Assembly (NCBI GenBank): GCA_007131065.1
Contig: SLRF01000049.1
Location: 1 to 34,318 of the forward strand
From: Candidatus Saccharimonadota bacterium
Lineage (GTDB): Bacteria; Patescibacteriota; Saccharimonadia; QS-5-54-17
DNA length: 34,318 bases
Reading direction: 5' to 3'
Both the position numbers and the translations under genes were made by a program. Each line of letters opens with the position of its first letter. Position 1 is the stretch's first letter. The notes under the pieces were generated by a model that was given only the letters and a program-made list of their open reading frames with translations, searched no databases and was not told where the DNA came from. Positions 10,917 to 17,904 of the stretch are shown here, piece by piece.

Positions 10917-13679
10917 TTATTTGTCTACCTTGGCACCTATAGGGCCCTCTAGAACTGCAAATATTTCCTTCATCTTCGACTCTATATCCCTGTCAGTTAA
11001 GGTCTTATCTACAGCAAGAATCTCTACGTTAACTGTTATCGATCTACCGTTTTTGTCGCGGTACTCCTCTTGGAAATCGAAATTTACGTTAGTTATTCTG
11101 TCTAGATGATCTGCTATATCCTGCCACTGGACATCTTCAGGCGCTACAAACGTTACGTCCCTATAACTGGATTGCAATCTAGGTATCGGCTCAAAATCAG
11201 GAGCGCTCCATAAGCGCAATAGGCTTTCGAGATTAATTTCCGCACAAGCTACCGTATTTTTAAGTTTCTTTTTTGTTGCTATGAGTGGATGTAACTCGCC
11301 ATATAGACCGACAGGTTCACCGTTTACTTCCATCGCTGCCTGCCTTCCAGGGTGCAGGTCGGTACGCTCATCACTAGATATATACCTAACCTGTAGATTA
11401 GCTGTAGATATAATGTGGTCGAGAACACCCTTCACCTTACTGAGACTATTTTCTCCTATGCACACTATTCCAACTACATCTTTTTCCTCTGGAAGTATTT
11501 CATCCAATTGAGCGTGGAAGATTCTAGCAAACTCAAAGAAGCCAAATTCCTTCTCTATTGTAGTATTATTTACTACACTATTTACTAGTCCTGGCAAAAG
11601 TGATCGTCGAAGATACGCCTGCTCTGAACTACGAGGATTCTTGAGTTTAAGATGTTCTTCGGTATTTCCAGCAAAAACTTCGATATCTCTATGGCTGATA
11701 AACGGATAAGTTGTAACCTCGTAAAGACCGGAGGCCTTAATATCGTTTCTTAGCGAATCTACCTTAGCTCTTTTAATATCCGGTCTGACATCTGTAGGTA
11801 TGCGATTAGGAAGTGTCGATGGTAGATTTTCTAGCCCAACAATCTTGATTACCTCTTCGTACACATCGGCGGAGTTAGATACATCGGGGCGCCACCACGG
11901 TACAGTAACTCTTATGTAATCATCTAAATTCTCAGCATACCTTCTCGCTCCCATGAACTGCGGATCTTCAGTTATGGCAGAAAGCGGCTGCTCTATAACG
12001 TACCTATCCTTCTCGGGTAATTTCTGCCACTCGCCATCTTCCCTTCGTATATAGTCGCGCGCCTCTATGATTGTATCCCCGCCCACATAAATTGCTACAT
12101 GAGATACGCCGTCGCGCTCTTTCTCATCCAGCTCCACCCATGGCCCGCCCCGGAAAAGCAGATCTCCCGGAGTGAGATTTTCAATGTCGATAGCTTCTCC
12201 GTTTTCGTACTGTTGATGCGCAGTATGGCCGATTGCTATGCCGATTAAGGAGTATATATAGTCAGTTAAATAAGAGCAGTCGAATGCATCCGTTCCATCA
12301 GTCTTAAATCGCGCCCCCAGCTTGTAAGGTTTATCCAGTAACTTACTAGCCTGCTCCTTAATATCGAATTTTTCGGCATCGAACCCTAGAGGCTGTAAGG
12401 ATTCAACTATCTCCTCCTTGGATAATTCCAGTCCTAAGAAAGAGTTTAGTGAGGTGACTCTAACTCCAACGTGCTGGATCCAAGGCCAGGCAGTACGTTC
12501 GCTCTGATAGCTTACTAATTCGGCATCAGTAATGTCCTTGAGCAACTCTAGCGCTCTATGTGTAGCAACCTTAACTGCCTGCAATGGCAAACCACGTTCA
12601 AAGCGAGAGCTTGCCTCGCTACGCAAACCGTTCCTCTTTGCCGTCTTGCGCACAAGAGTGGAGTCGAACGATGCGGCCTCCAGTAGTACCTCCTTAGTCT
12701 TAGCTGTTATCTCAGAATCTTCAGAGCCCATCACCCCTGCAAGGGCTAGAAGCTCTTTATCATCTGCTATCACTAGGTCGCTCGAGCCAAGCATCCTTTC
12801 TGTTCCATCAAGTGTTGTTATTTTCTCTTCATTTTCTGCAAAACGTATGTTGACCTTCCCTTTTATCTCCCCAGCATCGAAGGCATGCAATGGTTGTCCT
12901 GTTTCTAACATGACAAAGTTAGTAATATCTACCACTGCACTGACCGGCTTTATACTATGAAGCCTTAGGTAGTTTTGCATCCATGAAGGAGACGGTATCG
13001 ATGCGTCTTTTATTTTTAGCTTAGTCAAGCAATATTCAGGCACCTCCTCTTGTAGTTGATTAGCGAATAGATCATCTGTATGCTTTTCCTTCTCAAGTAA
13101 CTGCTCGAACCCCTCGAAAGTCAATGCAACTCCAGTATGTGCAGAGACCTCGCGGGCCACCCCCCGATAGCCCTGTAAATCCCAACGGTTGGCCGCCGTA
13201 GTAGTGTCGATAACTATTTGATCACTAGAATACACTTCGCTCAGTGGTAATCCCTCTTCAACTTCATCGCCAAGTTCTAGGATTCCATCATGGTCACTGC
13301 CCAGTCCTAGCTCCTGCTCACTACAAATCATGCCGTGAGAAGTCTTGCCACGGATTTCTGTTTGGTTGATTTTGTGCCCTCCCGGAAGTTCAGCTCCAAT
13401 TCTAGCCAATACTACTCGTTGGCCTTTGCGGATATTAGACGCGCCGCATATCACCTCTAGTTGCTCATCTCGACATGTTACGATAGCAATATTTAGCCTG
13501 TCCGCATTGGGGTGTGGCTTGATATCCTTAATGGTTGCAGTAACGATATTTGAGTCAAAATCAGGAGGATGTATTACGCCCTCCACCTCGATGCCAGCTC
13601 GCTCTAGAGCTTCGCTGACTTGAGTGACGCTTAGATCATCGCCTAGTAATTGGTTCAGTAGTCCGAGTACTATCTTCAT
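10917..13679 (-). CDS. pheT: phenylalanine--tRNA ligase beta subunit with an inserted NlpC/P60-like domain
   Basis: This 920-aa ORF has a tRNA-binding N-domain, B3/4, B5, core and FDX-ACB patterns. It is about 120-150 aa longer than typical PheT. The extra segment (aa ~438-587) has NlpC/P60 motifs. Confidence 0.95.
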   Translation of the reverse strand: MKIVLGLLNQLLGDDLSVTQVSEALERAGIEVEGVIHPPDFDSNIVTATIKDIKPHPNADRLNIAIVTCRDEQLEVICGASNIRKGQRVVLARIGAELPGGHKINQTEIRGKTSHGMICSEQELGLGSDHDGILELGDEVEEGLPLSEVYSSDQIVIDTTTAANRWDLQGYRGVAREVSAHTGVALTFEGFEQLLEKEKHTDDLFANQLQEEVPEYCLTKLKIKDASIPSPSWMQNYLRLHSIKPVSAVVDITNFVMLETGQPLHAFDAGEIKGKVNIRFAENEEKITTLDGTERMLGSSDLVIADDKELLALAGVMGSEDSEITAKTKEVLLEAASFDSTLVRKTAKRNGLRSEASSRFERGLPLQAVKVATHRALELLKDITDAELVSYQSERTAWPWIQHVGVRVTSLNSFLGLELSKEEIVESLQPLGFDAEKFDIKEQASKLLDKPYKLGARFKTDGTDAFDCSYLTDYIYSLIGIAIGHTAHQQYENGEAIDIENLTPGDLLFRGGPWVELDEKERDGVSHVAIYVGGDTIIEARDYIRREDGEWQKLPEKDRYVIEQPLSAITEDPQFMGARRYAENLDDYIRVTVPWWRPDVSNSADVYEEVIKIVGLENLPSTLPNRIPTDVRPDIKRAKVDSLRNDIKASGLYEVTTYPFISHRDIEVFAGNTEEHLKLKNPRSSEQAYLRRSLLPGLVNSVVNNTTIEKEFGFFEFARIFHAQLDEILPEEKDVVGIVCIGENSLSKVKGVLDHIISTANLQVRYISSDERTDLHPGRQAAMEVNGEPVGLYGELHPLIATKKKLKNTVACAEINLESLLRLWSAPDFEPIPRLQSSYRDVTFVAPEDVQWQDIADHLDRITNVNFDFQEEYRDKNGRSITVNVEILAVDKTLTDRDIESKMKEIFAVLEGPIGAKVDK

Positions 13680-14696
13680 CTAGAACTGCCTCAAAAATCT
13701 TATATCTGGACGCCACAAATCCCGTAAATCGGTAAGCTGGTATTTCACAGCGGTAATTCTCTCGAGCCCGAAGCCAAAAGCAAATCCGCTATACTCCTCT
13801 GGATCTACCCCTACGTTGCGCAGCACTTGTGGATGCACCATTCCGGCTCCACCCAACTCCACCCAACCGGTACCCTTACATACCCGGCAATGACGCCTCG
13901 AGGCCTCGTTACACACCATACAACTGGCATCCATCTCTACAGATGGCTCAGTATATGGGAAATAGTTAGAACGCAGTCGTAGCTCCGTATCTTCGCCGAA
14001 TAAGCCTTTGAGCATATACTCTAGCGTACCCTTGAGATCGCTTAGACTAATATCATAATCCACCACCAAGCCCTCTACTTGCCTAAAGCTCCATATATGC
14101 GTCGCATCTTCATCTTCGTTCCTATACACCTTTCCAGGCGCTATCACTCGTATGGGAGGATTATTATTTTCCATGTGTCGTATCTGCACACTAGAAGTGT
14201 GTGTCCGTGGAACTGCACCATTCTCTAGATAGAAAGTATCCTGCATATCTCTGGCCGGATGATCCGGCCCAATATTGAGCGCCTCAAAACAGTACCATTC
14301 GGTCTCTATCTCCGGTCCGTCTACCACCTCGAAGCCTAGCTGCATAAACAGCTCTACTACATCCCGCTCTAGCTGCTCCACTGGATGAAGGTGCCCTATG
14401 CCTGGAGATATGCCCGGCATAGTCATATCATAATGTTGACTCGATTCCTCTTGTAGCTTCTGGCTCCTCAACTGATCTATGCGATCAGACAGAGCTTCTT
14501 CCATTTTGTTCTTGATCTCATTAAGTCTAGCTCCCTCCCTCGCTCGCTTACTCTTGGGCAGTTCACTGATATTTCTAAGTTCCTTGGTTATAGAGCCCTT
14601 CCTTCCCAAGTATTCGATGCGCAAAGCCTCCACCTGACCTTCGGTTTCGGCTTCCGCTATTTTACCCTCTATATCGTTGAACGTGATTTCTTTCAC
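13680..14696 (-). CDS. pheS: phenylalanine--tRNA ligase alpha subunit
   Basis: This 338-aa ORF has a GTG start and class II motifs (..HPARDMQDTFY.., ..FRNEDEDATH.., ..GFAFGFGLERI..). Its TAG stop abuts the pheT ATG. Confidence 0.96.
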   Translation of the reverse strand: MKEITFNDIEGKIAEAETEGQVEALRIEYLGRKGSITKELRNISELPKSKRAREGARLNEIKNKMEEALSDRIDQLRSQKLQEESSQHYDMTMPGISPGIGHLHPVEQLERDVVELFMQLGFEVVDGPEIETEWYCFEALNIGPDHPARDMQDTFYLENGAVPRTHTSSVQIRHMENNNPPIRVIAPGKVYRNEDEDATHIWSFRQVEGLVVDYDISLSDLKGTLEYMLKGLFGEDTELRLRSNYFPYTEPSVEMDASCMVCNEASRRHCRVCKGTGWVELGGAGMVHPQVLRNVGVDPEEYSGFAFGFGLERITAVKYQLTDLRDLWRPDIRFLRQF

Positions 14697-15049
14697 TTCT
14701 GTACCCGCTGCATATAAAAATCAATCAATAACCCCAGTATCGTTAATAAGATGATATCCCTAATCCCCAACTGGCGCAAACTGCCCAGGGCCAATATCGC
14801 TACCAGCCACATGCTTATAAGAAAGCTCCTTCTCAAAGATAGATAAAAACCTTCCCTGCTACTGCCATACTTCCATCGCATAAGCACCAAGACGAAGACA
14901 CCACTCAGCCCTATCATTAGTGCAGTAAACCAAGCAGTCAGACCAAAAGGACCTAACTCAGCCGGACTAACTAAAAACATCATGACAACTAACAAGACCA
15001 ATATCAGTAGTGACCCGATTCGCACGTAGGGTATTAACTTATCCAACAT
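14693..15049 (-). CDS. hypothetical small membrane protein (3-4 TM)
   Basis: This 118-aa hydrophobic ORF has a stop that overlaps the pheS GTG start (GTGA). Confidence 0.6.
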   Translation of the reverse strand: MLDKLIPYVRIGSLLILVLLVVMMFLVSPAELGPFGLTAWFTALMIGLSGVFVLVLMRWKYGSSREGFYLSLRRSFLISMWLVAILALGSLRQLGIRDIILLTILGLLIDFYMQRVQK

Positions 15050-15055
15050 ATATGC

Positions 15056-15064
15056 AGTATAGCA
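15056..15064 (-). promoter_or_regulatory. extended -10 box (TGcTATACT) 6 nt from the start codon
   Basis: The minus strand reads TGCTATACTGCATATATG. This places the predicted TSS at or next to the ATG at 15049, which is leaderless geometry. Confidence 0.45.
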
Positions 15065-15086
15065 GTCAGAAGCGGCTTTTTTGGTA

Positions 15087-15114
15087 CGAAAAATAAAAAC
15101 TCCCGTAAGGGAGT
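15087..15114 (-). terminator. intrinsic terminator
   Basis: The minus strand reads ACTCCC-TTAC-GGGAGT followed by TTTTTATTTTTCG. Confidence 0.7.
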
Positions 15115-15519
15115 AGATGCAAAAAAATCAAAAAGAAGTTGACGAGACGACAAATCCGCCCAAATAAACAATGTATGTAGCGCTTGTCGCCCCGTCGTTG
15201 TACTGCAACTCGGGCGACTCTATCAAAAGATAAGAATTACCAGAGGCAGCGCGCCCTCCAGCAAGCAAATGCTTTATGGGCGTTGACGATCGCCCTACCG
15301 TTTTTTGGTAAGGCCGAACTGAGCAAGAGATTGTTTGAGTTTTTTACACTCTAGCGAAGTCCCAAAAAAACTACGCTTAATCTTCTGCTCAGATGGGCCC
15401 CACCAAAATAGGACAATCATCTCGAAAAGGAGGTATGTTGTCTGCAAGAGAGAACCCTTGCTGACATTTGTTAAGGTAAGCTTTTAATTTGAGTGGTGTG
15501 TTTGTTTTATTAAAAGCTT
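15095..15519 (-). ncRNA. unassigned promoter-to-terminator transcription unit (~425 nt), candidate ncRNA
   Basis: The unit is bounded by a TTGACA-17-TAACTT promoter (15526-15554) and the terminator at 15087-15114. It contains no ORF of 60 aa or more. It holds several long-range complementary segments. I could not match it to any RNA family by eye. Confidence 0.3.
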
Positions 15520-15525
15520 GATTAT

Positions 15526-15554
15526 AAGTTAGCATAAGCACTGACTCATGTCAA
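15526..15554 (-). promoter_or_regulatory. candidate sigma70 promoter
   Basis: The minus strand reads TTGACA (rc 15549-15554), a 17-nt spacer, then TAACTT (rc 15526-15531), inside a very AT-rich 250-nt stretch. Confidence 0.45.
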
Positions 15555-15733
15555 GAGTATTTATAAAAAATATGTTACAATTTATACAACACTCTATCTT
15601 ATAATTAATGTATATTTTTTATTATTTACGCGGTCTTGTGCATATAAATTTCATCGCCATAGACCAAACCAGGTGGCTCAATACCAGTCTAGATCACGAT
15701 AATTAACTGAACAGTATTTATATAACAGTTTCG

Positions 15734-16744
15734 TTATTTTCGCAGACCCAGCGCTTCTTGCACCATGAATAATTTAGAATCGGCTATTTGGCTCATGGCC
15801 TCTTCGCTTACTTCTACTTTTTGCAATATATCTACATCGTCCACTTCGCCCAACCTAGCTTGGAAGTTTTCGATTAGATCCACTACTCTATCCGCTACCT
15901 CGTTTTTAAGCGGACCGTATTGTTTATGTCCTATAAAATCATCCTTGCTGCCACCGAGTAGTGTTAATATATCGAGTAAATTACTAACGCCTGGCTGCTT
16001 GTCATGGTCGTAACTGACACTCTCTAGGCTGTCTGTAGTGGCTCCCATGATCTTTTTCCGAATAACATCCGGTGCATCCCGAAGAAATAGTACGCCCTTA
16101 CCGGTCTCGTCACTCTTGCTCATCTTCTTGGTCGGGTCTACTAAATCACGAATGCGTAGCCCTTGATCCTTGCCGAAGAACTCATGTTGCTTTTTAACCG
16201 GTAGCGGTAGTTCGAAAAGATTACCGAACCTACTGTTCATTCTCTCGGCTATATCCCTGGTAAATTCTAGATGTTGCGTCTGATCATCTCCTACGGGTAC
16301 GTACTTTGCATCATAGAGTAATATATCTGCCGCCATCAGTATGGGGTAACTGAATAGACCTACGCTGACCGAATCGGAGCCACCACCCTTGTCTTTAAAC
16401 TGTGTCATCCGGCTCATCTCACCAAAATACGAAAAACAGCTCAATATCCATGTCATCTCCGAGTGGGCGCGTATGAAGCTTTGGCGATAGACATGTATAT
16501 CTTCCACGCCTACTGGCAGCCCAGCCGCTATATAGGCCCGTATATTATCAAGTGCCTGTTCGTACAACTGTCCATGATCTATAGGCGTAGTGAAGCTGTG
16601 TAGGTCTGGTACGAAGAAATTAAATCTATACTCCCCTGTTTTTTGTTTAGCCATGTCGACCATGGGTAGCATCGCACCCAGGTAATTGCCTAGATGCAGT
16701 TCGTTATTGGCTCTTAGGCCGGTAAGTATGGTGGGCTTGCTCAT
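15734..16744 (-). CDS. trpS: tryptophan--tRNA ligase
   Basis: This 336-aa ORF has an HLGN (HIGH-type) motif in NELHLGNYLG and a KMSKS motif present. Its start overlaps the rmuC stop (ATGA). Confidence 0.95.
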   Translation of the reverse strand: MSKPTILTGLRANNELHLGNYLGAMLPMVDMAKQKTGEYRFNFFVPDLHSFTTPIDHGQLYEQALDNIRAYIAAGLPVGVEDIHVYRQSFIRAHSEMTWILSCFSYFGEMSRMTQFKDKGGGSDSVSVGLFSYPILMAADILLYDAKYVPVGDDQTQHLEFTRDIAERMNSRFGNLFELPLPVKKQHEFFGKDQGLRIRDLVDPTKKMSKSDETGKGVLFLRDAPDVIRKKIMGATTDSLESVSYDHDKQPGVSNLLDILTLLGGSKDDFIGHKQYGPLKNEVADRVVDLIENFQARLGEVDDVDILQKVEVSEEAMSQIADSKLFMVQEALGLRK

Positions 16745-17805
16745 TCTTCATCCTTTTGTGGTTTATCTACTACTAACGGCTCTACTACGGAATCCGTACC
16801 GGATATCCGCACTACATCTTTGTCTATTTTGCCGAGCTCTTTGTGTGCGTTATTGTAATGATTTACAGTAGTGCCTAGCGAATTACCGAGCTTATTCATG
16901 TACTCTTCATGGTTACTTACGTGCCTACCCAGCTCCACTACTCTCTTCTGTATGACTTTGACATTCTCTTCTACCTGCAGACTACGCAAACCCTGTATGA
17001 CAGTCTGTAAATAAGCCATGAAGGAAGTAGGTGACACTATTATTACCCTCTTCTCCTGGAAAGCGTACTCGATTAGATCTCGCGAAGACGTATCCCCAGT
17101 CCCCACCTTGTTTATTAGAAGATCGTAGTACACTCCCTCCGATGGGATAAACATAAATGCAAAATCCATAGTATCTAGATGTGGATTGATGTACTTGGCC
17201 GTCTCGTCTATCCGTAGCTTTAGATCTGCCTTGAAGGCCTTCTGTAGTTTTTCCCGCTCGGACTTATCATGAGTAGCAACCAGTCAATTGTAGTTCTCCA
17301 GAGAAAACTTTGAATCTATCGGCAATATCTTGTTCTTGTCTAAATAAATAACTGCGTCCACTACCAGCGATTTACCATCCTCTCCTTTGCCTAGATTGTG
17401 TTGAAGCGCAAACCGTTCCGGGGGCAACACGTTCTTTAACACCGTCTCAAGGTAATACTCCCCTAAGACGCCGCGCTGCTTTGGATTCTTCAAAATATCC
17501 TGCAGAGACTGTAGCTGGTCTGTAACATTTATAACTTGCTTGTTGGTTTCGTCCAGTTTAGTGAGGCGCTCAGTAACGTCTTTTATAATCTTGGAAGATT
17601 CAGTAAATTGTCGCGATACCGAATCACGCATCTGGGCCTGAGTTTTATCGAGGCGGTCATCTATCTTCGAAGTCAGATTATTGATTTGATCCTGTAGCAT
17701 TAAAAAGCTTTTGTCTTCGGGCGCTTTTGAACGTTTCTGGGATAACAACCAGACAAATAGTGCACCTATCAAGACTCCGCTTATAGCAAATATTGCCTGT
17801 TCCAT
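16741..17805 (-). pseudogene. rmuC: DNA recombination protein RmuC, interrupted by one in-frame TGA
   Basis: ORFs 17284-17805 and 16741-17169 are in the same frame. The 38 codons between them (LVATHDKSEREKLQKAFKADLKLRIDETAKYINPHLDT) continue an RmuC-like sequence. The only interruption is the TGA at 17284-17286. Confidence 0.8.
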
Positions 17806-17904
17806 TTGATAATTACCTATCTACACACTTTTATAACTGTTATTAGCTTACCATATCGCCCATACAGAAGACGGACAATAGGTCCGCAACAAGTCAACGT
17901 TAAC

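Noticed and set aside
11919-12368. Intein in PheT
   Set aside because: There is no Cys/Ser at the N-terminal junction, no His-Asn plus nucleophile at the C-terminal junction, and no Hint-domain blocks. The segment instead matches NlpC/P60 motifs.
15295-15420. 41-codon minus-strand ORF (MIVLFWWGPSEQK...) inside the non-coding gap
   Set aside because: It has no Shine-Dalgarno sequence or leaderless promoter geometry, and I recognise no family. It runs through the predicted long-range RNA pairing. I kept it only as a remote possibility.
15050-15520. T-box riboswitch or pheL-type leader-peptide attenuator upstream of pheS
   Set aside because: There is no GGGTGGTACCGCG-like T-box next to the terminator; the nearest resemblance, TTGGTGGGGCCC, is 300 nt away. 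There is no Phe-rich leader ORF either. The operon also has its own -10 box after the terminator.
17284-17286. UGA reassignment (code 25 or 4, as in Gracilibacteria/SR1 or mycoplasmas) as the explanation for the in-frame TGA in rmuC
   Set aside because: All other long conserved genes here (gyrA, gyrB, pheT, argS, the Clp-like gene and others, about 9,000 codons) are full length under the standard code with no internal TGA. TGA also acts as a sensible stop, for example in the GTGA overlap at 14693-14696 and at 6522-6524.
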